From Candidatus Aphodosoma sp. (lineage in GTDB: Bacteria > Bacteroidota > Bacteroidia > Bacteroidales > Paludibacteraceae), in NCBI GenBank assembly GCA_051870875.1, contig JBJECG010000029.1, forward strand, positions 5,525 through 69,524: a DNA stretch of 64,000 nt, read 5' to 3'. Both the position numbers and the translations under genes were made by a program. Numbering within the stretch: position 1 is the first letter of the stretch; each line of letters opens with the position of its first letter. Under the pieces are notes generated by a model. That model saw only the letters and a program-made list of their open reading frames with translations, ran no database searches and had not been told where the DNA came from. Positions 9,167 to 19,845 of the stretch are shown piece by piece.

Positions 9167-9263
9167 GTTTTTGTGTGGATGTATCGAAGATTCCGAAGCA
9201 GTGAAATTGCCGGTTGAGAATAAGATACGGCATTACTAATGGACAGTATACGGATATTCGCTA

Positions 9264-9318
9264 TAAAAAGGGACGAAACCAATCATAATGATAAGACACT
9301 ATTTGATTCCGTCCCTTT
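9264..9318 (-). terminator. intrinsic terminator after mmdB
   Basis: agggacg / cgtccct stem extended by an aatca/tgatt segment. The reverse strand shows CTTTTTAT after the stem. It lies about 65 nt past the mmdB stop. Confidence 0.5.
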
Positions 9319-9380
9319 CTGTGTCAGTCTTTTATGCTATACAACAATTCAATATTGTATCTGCACTTTATTATTATTGT

Positions 9381-10721
9381 TTATCCAAGCATACTTAGCA
9401 TGATACCGGCAGCGACAGCCGATCCTATCACACCAGCCACGTTCGGCCCCATGGCATGCATGAGGAGGAAGTTGCCAGGATTCTCTTCCTGGCCGACAAC
9501 CTGTGATACGCGAGCTGCCATAGGTACAGCCGATACGCCGGCAGAACCGATAAGCGGATTGATTTTGTTCTTGAGGAACAAATTCATAAATTTAGCAAGA
9601 AGTACACCTGCTGCAGAGCCAAAGCCGAATGCTATGATGCCTATGGCAAGGATAGCAAGGGTTTTAAGGTTGAGGAATGCAGTGGCAGTAGCGGTAGCAC
9701 CGACAGTGATGCCGAGGAAGATGGTGCAGATATTCATCAACTCGTTCTGAACAGTTTTGGAAAGACGTTCTGCAACTCCGCATTCTTTCAACAAGTTTCC
9801 GAGCATAAGGGAACCGATAAGGGCGGCAGCATCGGGCAGAAGGAGAGAGATGATAGCCGTAACCATGATTGGGAACATAATCTTCTCTTTCTTGGATACG
9901 GAACGGAGCTGTTTCATTTGTATGGCACGTTCGTCCTTTGTTGTCAGAGCACGCATGATAGGTGGTTGGATGACAGGAACAAGTGCCATATAAGAATAAG
10001 CTGCTACGGCAATAGGACCGAGGAGATGCGGGGCAAGTTTCGATGTCAGGAATATGGCTGTAGGGCCGTCGGCTCCACCGATTATACCTATGGAAGCGGC
10101 TTCTGCCGGGTCGAAACCCAATGCGCGTGCACCAAGGAACGTTGCAAAAATACCGAACTGTGCGGCAGCTCCCATCAACAGGCTTTTCGGGTTGGCAAGG
10201 AGCGGACCGAAGTCGGTCATGGCACCTACGCCGATGAAAATCAAACAAGGATATATACCAAGTTTTACACCCAAGTAAAGATAATCAAGCAGTCCTGCAC
10301 CATCGGCAAATTCCTGCCAATGTACGTGTCCTCCGGCAAAGAGCTCTTCATTGAAAAGACCTGCACCAGGAAGGTTGGTGAGCAACATGCCGAAAGCTAT
10401 GGGAAGCAACAGCAGCGGTTCAAATTTTTTCACTATGGCGAGGTAGAAAAGCAGAAATGATACGAGGATCATTACGAGAAACTTCCAATTGTCGCCAATG
10501 AAAAGCTGGTACAAACCCATGCTTTCACAAAAGTCAGCCATGGTTTGTCCAAATTCGATCGGTTTTTCCACATCTCCGGCAGCAACGACGTTTTCTGCAG
10601 CGTCAATCACTTCCGCCATATCAGCCTTGAGTTCGGCAGGTTCTTGTGCCGATGCCAGACTGACGCTGAGCGTAAAGCATGCAATCACCGAAAAGATGAA
10701 TATTTTCAATACCTGTTTCAT
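9381..10721 (-). CDS. mmdB: sodium ion-translocating decarboxylase beta subunit (methylmalonyl-CoA decarboxylase MmdB / OadB family)
   Basis: 446 aa polytopic membrane protein with OadB-type segments ([46 protein letters not shown]). It is the last gene of the mce-mmdA-oadG-mmdC-mmdB string. Confidence 0.9.
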   Translation of the reverse strand: MKQVLKIFIFSVIACFTLSVSLASAQEPAELKADMAEVIDAAENVVAAGDVEKPIEFGQTMADFCESMGLYQLFIGDNWKFLVMILVSFLLFYLAIVKKFEPLLLLPIAFGMLLTNLPGAGLFNEELFAGGHVHWQEFADGAGLLDYLYLGVKLGIYPCLIFIGVGAMTDFGPLLANPKSLLMGAAAQFGIFATFLGARALGFDPAEAASIGIIGGADGPTAIFLTSKLAPHLLGPIAVAAYSYMALVPVIQPPIMRALTTKDERAIQMKQLRSVSKKEKIMFPIMVTAIISLLLPDAAALIGSLMLGNLLKECGVAERLSKTVQNELMNICTIFLGITVGATATATAFLNLKTLAILAIGIIAFGFGSAAGVLLAKFMNLFLKNKINPLIGSAGVSAVPMAARVSQVVGQEENPGNFLLMHAMGPNVAGVIGSAVAAGIMLSMLG

Positions 10722-10743
10722 ATAAAAATATTTTTTTCGTTGA

Positions 10744-11532
10744 TTATGCCATTAACAAGAGAGTGTCATCTTGCATAACATTCTGACCAACAGCAACTTT
10801 AATGGCTGTAACAGTACCGTCTTTTTCGGCTTTGATTTCGTTTTCCATTTTCATTGATTCCATGGTCAGTAGTATGTCTCCGCGTTTGACAGTTTGACCT
10901 TCCGTAACCAGAATTTTGATGATGCTGCCCGGAAGCGGAGATTTGAGAGGTTTGCCGTCGGCTGCGGAAGCAGTTGGGGCAGGTGCCGGTGCTGCTTTCG
11001 GAGCTGCAGGTGCTGGTTGGGGAGCCGTTGTAGGTGCTGCCGGGGCAGAGGCTCCTGCCGATATTTCCATATCGACAAGCTTGTCATCCTGCATAACATT
11101 TTTACCAGGTTCAACGTAAATCTTCACAATACGTCCGCCAGTTTCCGCCATGATATTGTTCTCCATTTTCATGGATTCTATAGTCATGATTACATCGCCT
11201 TTTGCTACGGTCTGACCAACCTCTACGAGAACTTTCACGATGCTTCCGGGAAGTTGAGATTTGACTGTTTTTACAGAAGCGGTGGCTGCCTTGCCGGCTG
11301 TTTTGGCTGCAGAAGAGGCGGCCGCTACTACAGGCTGTGTGGCGATGGGGGCTATTTTGCCGGCTGTTTTGGCTGCAGAAGCAGTTTGCTGGTTTGAAGT
11401 TTTGGTTGCAGCACGGTTGACCTCCACAGTATAGCTTGAGCCGTTGACTTCAACCTCCAGCTGGTGGTTTTCAAGTTCATTGACAGTTGCTTCAAATGCG
11501 TTACCGTCTATGGTAAATTTGAATTTCTTCAT
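10744..11532 (-). CDS. mmdC: biotin carboxyl carrier subunit of methylmalonyl-CoA decarboxylase, with two tandem biotinyl domains
   Basis: 262 aa. There are two copies of LPGSI(V/I)K(V/I)LV...GQTV..GD...ESMKMEN...NVMQDD, at aa 92-157 and 198-262, each preceded by an Ala/Pro-rich linker. Predicted biotinyl lysines are K122 and K228. Confidence 0.85.
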   Translation of the reverse strand: MKKFKFTIDGNAFEATVNELENHQLEVEVNGSSYTVEVNRAATKTSNQQTASAAKTAGKIAPIATQPVVAAASSAAKTAGKAATASVKTVKSQLPGSIVKVLVEVGQTVAKGDVIMTIESMKMENNIMAETGGRIVKIYVEPGKNVMQDDKLVDMEISAGASAPAAPTTAPQPAPAAPKAAPAPAPTASAADGKPLKSPLPGSIIKILVTEGQTVKRGDILLTMESMKMENEIKAEKDGTVTAIKVAVGQNVMQDDTLLLMA

Positions 11533-11539
11533 TTGGTTT

Positions 11540-11899
11540 TTAACGGGTTAGATTGTTATTAAGACCATAAATTTTAGAGTTCCATGGAGAATATCTGCGT
11601 TCCACGGTTTTGATAGTAACAACGCCACTTTCAACATCGTGAGGATCATCGAAGTAGAGATGTATGGCTGTAGCGATAGCTGCACTGTCGAGAGCCGGGA
11701 TGTGTTCGCGCGACTCGGTGCATACTTCATCTTTGCCTTGTGTTTCCTTGGTGGATTTGGTCACTTTGGCTTTAGGAGCCATGATTTTGCCAAACAAGCT
11801 GATGATGAAGATAAGAAGTATGAGTACTACTACTACTATTGCAAATCCAAGAAAGGTTACTATCAGGGCATTGCCCCAGTTTATAGATAGAAGTGTCAT
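11540..11899 (-). CDS. OadG-family small membrane subunit (decarboxylase delta/gamma-like)
   Basis: 119 aa with a single N-terminal TM (ALIVTFLGFAIVVVVLILLIFIISLF). Its position between the carboxyltransferase and the biotin carrier is typical of Na+-decarboxylase operons. Confidence 0.65.
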   Translation of the reverse strand: MTLLSINWGNALIVTFLGFAIVVVVLILLIFIISLFGKIMAPKAKVTKSTKETQGKDEVCTESREHIPALDSAAIATAIHLYFDDPHDVESGVVTIKTVERRYSPWNSKIYGLNNNLTR

Positions 11900-11911
11900 A
11901 TTCTGTCTGGA

Positions 11912-13471
11912 TTATAATGGAATGTTTGAGTGCTTTTTAAGCGGATTTGCAAGTTTTTTGGTTTGCAAAGCCTGGAATGCACGAATTACGCGGAAGCGGG
12001 TGTTGCGTGGTTCGATAACGTCATCTATATAGCCGTATGAAGCTGCCATATACGGATTTGCGAATTTGTTTTTATATTCCGCAGTCTTGTCGGCAACGAA
12101 TTTGGCTTTTTCTTCGGCATTTTCCATTTTGCTGATATTCCGGCCTTCGAGTACTTCAATAGCACCGTCAGCACCCATAACTGCAATTTCGGCAGTGGGC
12201 CAAGCGTAGTTGAAATCACCGCGAAGCTGTTTTGAACTCATTACGCAGTGAGCTCCGCCGTACGACTTGCGAAGGGTGACTGTGACTTTCGGCACCGTAG
12301 CTTCGCCATACGCGAACATCAGTTTTGCCCCATGTACGATGATGCCGGCATATTCCTGTCCTGATCCGGGAAGGAAGCCTGGAACGTCAACGAGTGTGAG
12401 CAACGGGATATTGAAAGCATCACAGAAACGGATGAAACGTGCTGCTTTGCGCGAAGCGTCGCAATCGAGCACACCGGCCATGAATGCCGGCTGATTGGCT
12501 ATGATGCCGGTTGAAATACCGTTGAAACGTGCGAAGCCTACAATGATATTACGGGCGTAATCAGCGTGGACTTCAAGAAATTCGTGATTGTCGACGATTC
12601 CGTTGATCACACGTTTCATGTCATAAGGTTGGTTGGGGTTGTCTGGGATGATTTCGTTGAGTTCGTCTTCCAGACGGTTGATTGGATCGTCACAATCAAG
12701 AACCGGAGCCTCTTCCAAGTTGTTTTGTGGGATATATGAGAAAAGTTCTCTGATTTTTTCTATGCCGGCCTGTTCGTTTTCGGCGCGGAAATGAGCGACT
12801 CCGGAGCGTGAAGCGTGGATGCGTGCACCTCCGAGGTCATCCGTCGAGATTGATTCGTTGGTAACAGACTTGACTACTTTAGGACCGGTAACGAACATGT
12901 AGCTGTTTTCATCTGTCATAAGGATAAAGTCCGTAAGGGCGGGGGAGTACACCGCACCGCCGGCACAAGGACCGAAGATGGCGGAAATCTGAGGCACTAC
13001 ACCGGAAGCAAGGATATTGCGTTCGAATATTTCGGCATAACCGGCAAGAGCGGTGACACCTTCCTGAATACGGGCACCTCCTGAATCGTTGATGCCGATA
13101 ATCGGAGCTCCCATTTTCATGGCAAGATCCATGACTTTGCATATTTTCAGAGCCATAGTCTCTGACAATGAACCGCCGAAGATGGTAAAATCTTGGGCAA
13201 ATACGTATACAGAACGCCCCTCGATAGTGCCGTGACCTATGACTACACCATCACCGAGATATTTTTCTTTCTCAAGGCCGAAATTGGTGCAGCGGTGCGT
13301 CACAAACATGTCGAGTTCTTCGAACGAGCCCTCATCAAGAAGCATCTCAATACGTTCACGGGCTGTATATTTACCTTTACTGTGCTGCGAGTCAATACGT
13401 TTCTGTCCTCCGCCAAGTTTGGCTTGCACACGTAAGTCCAACAACTGTTTCACTTTCTCTTTGTTTTCCAT
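11912..13471 (-). CDS. mmdA: methylmalonyl-CoA decarboxylase alpha subunit (acyl-CoA carboxyltransferase)
   Basis: 519 aa. Carboxyl-transferase family signatures are present ([62 protein letters not shown]). Confidence 0.9.
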   Translation of the reverse strand: MENKEKVKQLLDLRVQAKLGGGQKRIDSQHSKGKYTARERIEMLLDEGSFEELDMFVTHRCTNFGLEKEKYLGDGVVIGHGTIEGRSVYVFAQDFTIFGGSLSETMALKICKVMDLAMKMGAPIIGINDSGGARIQEGVTALAGYAEIFERNILASGVVPQISAIFGPCAGGAVYSPALTDFILMTDENSYMFVTGPKVVKSVTNESISTDDLGGARIHASRSGVAHFRAENEQAGIEKIRELFSYIPQNNLEEAPVLDCDDPINRLEDELNEIIPDNPNQPYDMKRVINGIVDNHEFLEVHADYARNIIVGFARFNGISTGIIANQPAFMAGVLDCDASRKAARFIRFCDAFNIPLLTLVDVPGFLPGSGQEYAGIIVHGAKLMFAYGEATVPKVTVTLRKSYGGAHCVMSSKQLRGDFNYAWPTAEIAVMGADGAIEVLEGRNISKMENAEEKAKFVADKTAEYKNKFANPYMAASYGYIDDVIEPRNTRFRVIRAFQALQTKKLANPLKKHSNIPL

Positions 13472-13498
13472 ATTCTGAAGTTACCAATGTTTTGTTTG

Positions 13499-13912
13499 TT
13501 ATTTATTGGGATTTTCGCATAGTTCGGTAAGTACACCATGAGTTGATTTCGGGTGCAGGAATGCGATGTTCAGGCCTTCGGCACCTTTACGTGGTGTCTT
13601 GTCTATCAGTTGCCATCCGTTTGCGGCGGCTTCATCAAGAACAACCTGAAGGCCTTCTACGCAAAATGCGACATGGTGGACACCACCACGAGGATTTTTT
13701 TCCAACCATTTGGCGATGGTGCTTTCCGGAGATGTAGGTTCGAGAAGTTCGATTTTGGTATCTCCTATTTTGAAGAACGCGGTACGCACTTTCTGGTCAG
13801 CCACTTCTTCAATGGAATAACACTTTGTACCAAGAAGTTTTTCGTAGTAAGGAATTACCTCATCGAGTTTGCTAACAGCAATACCAAGGTGTTCAATGTG
13901 TGATGGTTTCAT
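13499..13912 (-). CDS. mce: methylmalonyl-CoA epimerase (VOC superfamily)
   Basis: 137 aa: HLGIAV...IELLEP...GGVHHVAF...GVLTELCE. It is the first gene of the mmd operon. Confidence 0.9.
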   Translation of the reverse strand: MKPSHIEHLGIAVSKLDEVIPYYEKLLGTKCYSIEEVADQKVRTAFFKIGDTKIELLEPTSPESTIAKWLEKNPRGGVHHVAFCVEGLQVVLDEAAANGWQLIDKTPRKGAEGLNIAFLHPKSTHGVLTELCENPNK

Positions 13913-14032
13913 AATGATAAAGACTTTTATATAGTTAAAATGAATTTATTATATCCCGCTGTTTTGTAAGATGATACAACATCGGAGGCAATACTTCACA
14001 CTTTATCGTGAAGTGTGAAATGATAATTGCGA

Positions 14033-14040
14033 CAAAGGTA
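14033..14040 (-). promoter_or_regulatory. candidate -7 promoter box for the mce-mmd operon
   Basis: Plus-strand CAAAGGTA (TACCTTTG on the minus strand), 121 nt upstream of the mce ATG. The leader contains the hairpin ttcacactt / tatcgtg / aagtgtgaa. Confidence 0.45.
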
Positions 14041-14154
14041 CTTTATTTATTTGTAACTTACAACGTTTTTGAAAAGAAAAAAGCAAAAAAGACTTCACTT
14101 CTTTTTTCTGCCCGAAAACCGTTGTTTGTTAAAAGATTATTGACTTTTTATTCG

Positions 14155-14162
14155 TATTTTTG
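14155..14162 (+). promoter_or_regulatory. candidate -7 promoter box TATTTTTG for the addA-like gene
   Basis: TAnnTTTG match 29 nt upstream of the ATG at 14191. Confidence 0.4.
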
Positions 14163-14190
14163 CCGATAAAACCGGAATGTGTATCAATAA

Positions 14191-17100
14191 ATGGGTAACA
14201 TAGTAGTATATAGGGCTTCAGCAGGGTCGGGCAAAACCTACATGTTGGTGTATATGTATGTGAAATACCTTTTTGTCGGCCAGAGAGGGTACATACTCAA
14301 GAAAGCGCATTGGATACCTGATGTTCACCGTAGTATATTGGCTGTGACTTTCACGAACAAGGCAACTATAGAGATGAAGGAGAGGATAATGGCTGCGTTG
14401 GCTGACATGTCGCAGCCTGTGCATCCGGGCGGTTGTAAATCACAGTATGAGACATGGCTGAAGACCGATGTGCCTGATTTCAATGAAATGGGCAGTGACA
14501 GGGTGTCGGAAGTGGCCGGGCATCTGCTGGCCGATCTGCTGAATGATTATACTATGTTCAGAGTCCAGACAATAGACGGTTTTTTCCAACAGGTGGTAAG
14601 AGCCTTTGCCAATGACTTGAATGTAGATACAGGCTATAAGGTGGAATTGGACGGAAATGCCGTGGTAGAAAACTCGGTTGATGTGATGCTTGGTGAACTG
14701 GACGATCCGTCCAACCGGGATTTGTTGAACTGGCTTACCGAGTTTGTCAATGACAGAGTCAACGAAAATTCAGGTTGGAATCCGAGAGCAGACATTATCA
14801 GGTTGGCCAGTTATATCAATTCTGAAAAATACAGGTCTTACGGACAAGAGACCGTACAGCAAAGCGATTTCAGACAATGCAGGGATATTCTTGTAAAAGC
14901 CAAAATGCGGTATGAAGAGGAACTGAAGGCATTGTGCGATGAGGCTAAGGTGATATTATCCTCTTCCGATGCGTATCCTGACCAATTCAATAAAAATGCC
15001 ATTTCGTGTTTTGATTTCCTGCATATGAAAAAGAAAAAGTTCCAGCCGACACCCACTTTTGTCAAAAGTGTGGAGAATGGCCGATTTCTTAAAAGTACAG
15101 TGAAAAAAAAGGATGAATACAGCGAAACGGAATTGCATCTGGCCGATATAGGCAGCAAAATACTTGACATGTGCAATGAATATACCCCAAAAGCCGTTGA
15201 ATACAAAACGGTCTGCCAGATATTAGGCAACTTCTACGTGTTGGGCATTCTGCACAGAATACAAGATTATGTCAAGCGATATTGCAGGGAAAATAATTTG
15301 ATGATCCTGTCGTCGACATCGGATCTTATAGACAAAATAATCGGTGATGACATCCGTAATACACCATTTATTTATGAGAAAGTGGGGGTTCTGACCGAAC
15401 ATTTTATGATTGATGAGTTTCAGGACACCTCAAAACTGCAATGGAAGAATTTTGTCCCTCTGATAGCCGAAACTGCATCGAAGGGGGCAGAGTCAATGAT
15501 TGTAGGAGATGTAAAACAGAGTATATACAGGTGGCGTAATGGTGATTGGCATATATTGCATGACGGTATAGCATCGCGTTTCGGCAGAGATACTGATATC
15601 AGGACATTGAATACAAATTACCGCAGTGCCGTAAATATTGTTGACTTCAACAACAATATTTACGAATATATACCGCGCAGTGTTGATGCGGTATTGTCCC
15701 GGCGACTGAAAAATATGCCGTTACGGTTTCAAGACGTATATGATACAGAGGCTGTTGTCCAGAAAACAGAGTCAACAGTAGGTGGTTATGTCCGTTGCAA
15801 GTTTATAGAAGCATCATCTGGCAGTACGAATATACGCAGTCTGGAAGATTGCAGTCTCGATGACATGGTTGCAGAATTGCAGAGATTGAGAAGCATAAAT
15901 GGGGACTACGGCGGCATAGCCGTTCTTGGCAGAAAGAAAGGAGAATTGGTGAAAGTGGCAGAAAAATTGTTGGCAGCTGAACCAGAACCCATACCTTTCT
16001 GCTCATCTGAGGCTCTTTCCGTTGCCGACAATGAGGCCGTACGTTTTATCGTCGCTATATTGAGATACAGTATAAGACCATACGAACCGCTTTATAGGGC
16101 AGAATTGCTGGTTTGTTACAAGAATCTGTTTTACAAAGGACAATCCTGTATAACGGCAGATGATTTTCAAGTTTTGCACAATCAGAATACATCGGAGTTT
16201 GTTGTCAGTGACTGGGAGAGGAAACTGTTTGCGGATTATACGGCCACTATAGATGCAGTCAACGGGGAAGAGGATTTTCTGAACCGGTTTTCTGAATTGA
16301 AGTATTTGCCGTTGCAACGTGCTGTAGACAATATCATCACCTTGTTCGGTTTGAATGGTATGGAACTGCCAGATCATGGCGTGAACAAACCTTTCATACG
16401 TTGTTTTATAGATGCGGTACATGACTATTGTATTGACCATACATCGGATATATATACGTTTTTGGATTATTGGGATGAAAATGGAGAACGCATTTACGTG
16501 CCTATCCCAGAAACCCCGGATTCCGTATTGCTTTGCACAATCCACAAGTCAAAAGGGCTGGAGTTTGATACGGTATTCCTTCCATTCGTCAATTTCAAAA
16601 TGGGGATTTCAACCAAGAACAATAATTTCATATTCTGCGATTACCCCAGATCTGTAGCTGGAAACGGTTTGGTACCGTTTGTCCCGGTCAACTTGAAACA
16701 AGCCAAATCATTGATGTATACAGAGTTTGCGCAGGATGTATTCAGTGAATTCATGGATTGTTGCCTTGATGAACTCAATGTATTGTATGTGGCTACCACA
16801 AGAGCAAAACGACAATTGTACATCAATGCCATAGTTGACTGTGATGATGCGAAAACAGGAGACTGTGGCAGTGATGATGGCAGTGCGGCCAGCTTCATCA
16901 GTGATTTGAGTATGGCGGGTATGTTGAAGGCTGCAATGTCATGCAGATACGGAGCCGACTCTGCGTTGGATATACATGAATCTTCTGATGGTGAAATACA
17001 ATGTCAGGTCTATGAAATAGGAACTTTATCAGAACGTGCCAATGACGGCGTTGAGAAAAGTAAGCAGTTGTATGACGACCAGAATGATATGCTTTTTCAG

Positions 17101-17634
17101 AAAGATGATATTTCAATAGACGTAAAGGACACTCGCCTGAGTCTGCGTTTTACAAATGCGGTAAATAAGCAAGATGACAATTCCATAAAGGCGCGGGAGA
17201 ACGGTATAGTAATGCACCGGATATTTGAACAGATGCAACGCATGTCTGATATTCCACTGATTTTGCAGCGTGTTCGGGCCGATGGATTGTTGGACGATGG
17301 CAGATATGAAGAAATACGCGATATATGCGAACGTTTGATGAATAATGAAAATGTAATACAGTTGTTTGATAATGACTATAATATAGTAAATGAAGCCGAA
17401 ATATGGAATCCCAAGGACAAATCATTTCACCGTCCCGACCGTCTGATGTTTGATGACAGGCATCATGAGGCCATGGTTGTGGACTACAAATTTGGAGAAC
17501 GAACTGATAGCAATGACGCACGGTACAGTCGGCAAGTGAATGAGTATATGCGTCTGATTGCAGACATGGGCTATAAAGTCAAAGGCTACATATTGTATGC
17601 TTTCAAGTGTGAATTGGTTGAAGTGAACTTGTAA
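14191..17634 (+). CDS. addA: AddA-like UvrD-family helicase with C-terminal PD-(D/E)XK nuclease
   Basis: 1147 aa. Walker A is ASAGSGKT, motif II is IDEFQDTS, and the UvrD_C segment is CTIHKSKGLEFDTVF. The C-terminal nuclease motif is RPDRLMF...VVDYKFGE. Confidence 0.8.
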   Translation: MGNIVVYRASAGSGKTYMLVYMYVKYLFVGQRGYILKKAHWIPDVHRSILAVTFTNKATIEMKERIMAALADMSQPVHPGGCKSQYETWLKTDVPDFNEMGSDRVSEVAGHLLADLLNDYTMFRVQTIDGFFQQVVRAFANDLNVDTGYKVELDGNAVVENSVDVMLGELDDPSNRDLLNWLTEFVNDRVNENSGWNPRADIIRLASYINSEKYRSYGQETVQQSDFRQCRDILVKAKMRYEEELKALCDEAKVILSSSDAYPDQFNKNAISCFDFLHMKKKKFQPTPTFVKSVENGRFLKSTVKKKDEYSETELHLADIGSKILDMCNEYTPKAVEYKTVCQILGNFYVLGILHRIQDYVKRYCRENNLMILSSTSDLIDKIIGDDIRNTPFIYEKVGVLTEHFMIDEFQDTSKLQWKNFVPLIAETASKGAESMIVGDVKQSIYRWRNGDWHILHDGIASRFGRDTDIRTLNTNYRSAVNIVDFNNNIYEYIPRSVDAVLSRRLKNMPLRFQDVYDTEAVVQKTESTVGGYVRCKFIEASSGSTNIRSLEDCSLDDMVAELQRLRSINGDYGGIAVLGRKKGELVKVAEKLLAAEPEPIPFCSSEALSVADNEAVRFIVAILRYSIRPYEPLYRAELLVCYKNLFYKGQSCITADDFQVLHNQNTSEFVVSDWERKLFADYTATIDAVNGEEDFLNRFSELKYLPLQRAVDNIITLFGLNGMELPDHGVNKPFIRCFIDAVHDYCIDHTSDIYTFLDYWDENGERIYVPIPETPDSVLLCTIHKSKGLEFDTVFLPFVNFKMGISTKNNNFIFCDYPRSVAGNGLVPFVPVNLKQAKSLMYTEFAQDVFSEFMDCCLDELNVLYVATTRAKRQLYINAIVDCDDAKTGDCGSDDGSAASFISDLSMAGMLKAAMSCRYGADSALDIHESSDGEIQCQVYEIGTLSERANDGVEKSKQLYDDQNDMLFQKDDISIDVKDTRLSLRFTNAVNKQDDNSIKARENGIVMHRIFEQMQRMSDIPLILQRVRADGLLDDGRYEEIRDICERLMNNENVIQLFDNDYNIVNEAEIWNPKDKSFHRPDRLMFDDRHHEAMVVDYKFGERTDSNDARYSRQVNEYMRLIADMGYKVKGYILYAFKCELVEVNL

Positions 17635-17678
17635 TACCTTGTCGGATGGATAATCGGAAAATTTTTTGTCTGTATAGT

Positions 17679-18911
17679 ATGAATCGTATTTTTTTGTCTG
17701 TTTTATTGTCAACGGTGTTATTGTCATGCAATGGTACTGTGAAAAGGAATGAGTCCAAGACGGAAACTTCAGAAATCCAAGATACCGCAGCAGCATCGGC
17801 ATATGTAGAGGAATATGGTGTGGATGTCACAGACTGCACTGCCTCTGAGGGCAGAATAAAAGATGGTGAGGTTGTCACTTCATTGCTCTCAAAATTGGGT
17901 GTTGAGCAGAGGTATATAAATCAGATAGTACAGTTACATGATACACTATTCAACCCACGGACTTTACGTGCCGGCAACCAATATGTGTCGTATTGCTCCG
18001 GCGATTCGGCGTATCCGGTGAAATATTGGATCTATTCGCATTCTTGTCGTGAATTTACAGTATTCGATTTCACAGACTCCCTCCTGCGCGTAAGCAAATA
18101 TATCAAACCGATTGACCGGGTGAAAAGAAACAACTTGTTCATTGTCAAATCATCATTGTGGAAAGCTATTGAAGATTCCGACTTGAATCCAAATCTGGCA
18201 CTAAAATTGTCGGATATCTTTGCTTGGACTGTCGATTTTTTCGGATTGCAAAAAGGGGATGAATTCCGTGTGTTCTATGACGAATTGTTTGTAGATTCGG
18301 TCTCAATAGGTATAGATTCGATATATGCAGCATCATTTACCCGTGATACAGTGACCCGATATGCCATATATTACGGGAATGGCGATGTAAAAGGGTATTG
18401 GGAATTGAACGGTGACAATATCAAAAAGGCATTTCTTAAAGCACCGTTAAGTTTTTCCCGTATATCAAGTCATTTTTCCTACACCCGCCGTCATCCTGTA
18501 TATAAAACGTTGAGACCGCACACCGGCGTGGATTATGCAGCTCCTGTCGGTACGCCTGTAATGAGTATCGGCGATGGAGTGGTAATAGAACGAGGTTACA
18601 AAGGCGGAGGTGGCAATACGGTAAAAATCAGACACAATTCAATCTACACAACAGCATATCTTCATTTATCGAAATTTGGCAAAGGAATATCAGTCGGCAA
18701 CCGTGTGGTACAAGGCCAGATAATCGGTTACGTAGGCAATACCGGTACCTCTACCGGACCGCATCTTGATTTCAGAGTATGGCAGAACGGTACACCTATT
18801 GACCCTCTAAAATTGGAATCTCCACCTTCAGAGCCACTGCCTGCCACATACCACAATGAGTTTGATTCGATAGCTGATATTTACAAAATACGATTAGACT
18901 CAATCAGATGA
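17679..18911 (+). CDS. M23 family peptidoglycan metalloendopeptidase, lipoprotein
   Basis: The HTGVDYAAPVGTPV (HxxxD) motif is present. The second motif reads GNTGTSTGPHLDFRV, where the usual HxH reads H-L-D. The start is moved to an internal ATG, giving MNRIFLSVLLSTVLLSC with a lipobox. Confidence 0.8.
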   Translation: MNRIFLSVLLSTVLLSCNGTVKRNESKTETSEIQDTAAASAYVEEYGVDVTDCTASEGRIKDGEVVTSLLSKLGVEQRYINQIVQLHDTLFNPRTLRAGNQYVSYCSGDSAYPVKYWIYSHSCREFTVFDFTDSLLRVSKYIKPIDRVKRNNLFIVKSSLWKAIEDSDLNPNLALKLSDIFAWTVDFFGLQKGDEFRVFYDELFVDSVSIGIDSIYAASFTRDTVTRYAIYYGNGDVKGYWELNGDNIKKAFLKAPLSFSRISSHFSYTRRHPVYKTLRPHTGVDYAAPVGTPVMSIGDGVVIERGYKGGGGNTVKIRHNSIYTTAYLHLSKFGKGISVGNRVVQGQIIGYVGNTGTSTGPHLDFRVWQNGTPIDPLKLESPPSEPLPATYHNEFDSIADIYKIRLDSIR

Positions 18912-18954
18912 GAATACGAAACGAATGTCCTCATCCATGATTCTTCGCGGCATT

Positions 18955-18983
18955 CTGATCGCATTGTTAACATATGCGATCAG
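18955..18983. terminator. stem-loop between convergent M23 and panB genes
   Basis: ctgatcgcat / 9-nt loop / atgcgatcag (10-bp stem) overlapping the panB stop codon. There is no clear T-run. Confidence 0.3.
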
Positions 18984-19801
18984 TACTGTTCTTCCTGATT
19001 TGGAAAGTTGCGATTCTTCACATCTGATACGTAATGGCTTACGGCTTCATTGATGACTACATTGAGATTGGCATAACGACGTAGGAATCTGGGAGAGAAA
19101 CCTTTGGTCATGCCGAGCATATCATGAAGGACAAGTACCTGACCGTCAACTTCGGCTCCAGCTCCGATACCTATAGTCGGTATGGATATTTCTTGAGTGA
19201 CACGGGCAGCCAACGCATCCGGAATTTTTTCCAGTACTATACCGAAACAGCCTGCACGTTCGAGTTCCCTGGCATCGGAAACAAGTTTTTCAGCTTCATC
19301 CTTGCTTTTAGCCCGGACATTATATGTACCGTATTTATTAATAGATTGCGGCATGAGTCCGAGATGTCCCATGATAGGAATACCGGCTGCTATGATTTTT
19401 TTGACAGCATCGATAATTTCTATACCCCCTTCAAGTTTCAATGCATCGGCATGTGTGATCTTCATGATTTGAATGGCATTGCGAACCGCTTCCGTTTCAG
19501 AAATTTGATACGTACCGAATGGCATATCCACCACAACAAGTGCACGATTGACAGCCTTCATTACCGATTTGCCATGGTAAATCATTTGGTCTAATGATAT
19601 TGGCAGGGTAGTGATATTGCCTGCAACAACATTTGAGGCCGAGTCTCCTACCAGGATTACATCCACACCGGCTTCATCTACAATCGAAGCCATGGTATAA
19701 TCGTAAGCTGTGATCATACTTATCTTTTCACCTCGCTGTTTCATTTCAAACAGGCGGTGTGTAGTCACTTTGCGTGCGTCTTCGGAACTATGAACTGACA
19801 T
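18980..19801 (-). CDS. panB: 3-methyl-2-oxobutanoate hydroxymethyltransferase
   Basis: 273 aa: [33 protein letters not shown]...ALKLEGG, a canonical PanB pattern. Confidence 0.93.
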   Translation of the reverse strand: MSVHSSEDARKVTTHRLFEMKQRGEKISMITAYDYTMASIVDEAGVDVILVGDSASNVVAGNITTLPISLDQMIYHGKSVMKAVNRALVVVDMPFGTYQISETEAVRNAIQIMKITHADALKLEGGIEIIDAVKKIIAAGIPIMGHLGLMPQSINKYGTYNVRAKSKDEAEKLVSDARELERAGCFGIVLEKIPDALAARVTQEISIPTIGIGAGAEVDGQVLVLHDMLGMTKGFSPRFLRRYANLNVVINEAVSHYVSDVKNRNFPNQEEQY

Positions 19802-19845
19802 GATATTTGTATTTACATACTGATATATACCTGCATTCCAATTGT

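Noticed and set aside
15103-15110. A8 homopolymer inside addA, with a matching A8 inside the addB-like gene (59673-59680), as possible frameshift-prone phase-variation sites
   Set aside because: Both encode Lys runs in an AT-rich, Lys-rich genome. Both reading frames are intact, and similar A/T runs occur elsewhere (for example, T10 at 40134-40143). There is no evidence of switching.
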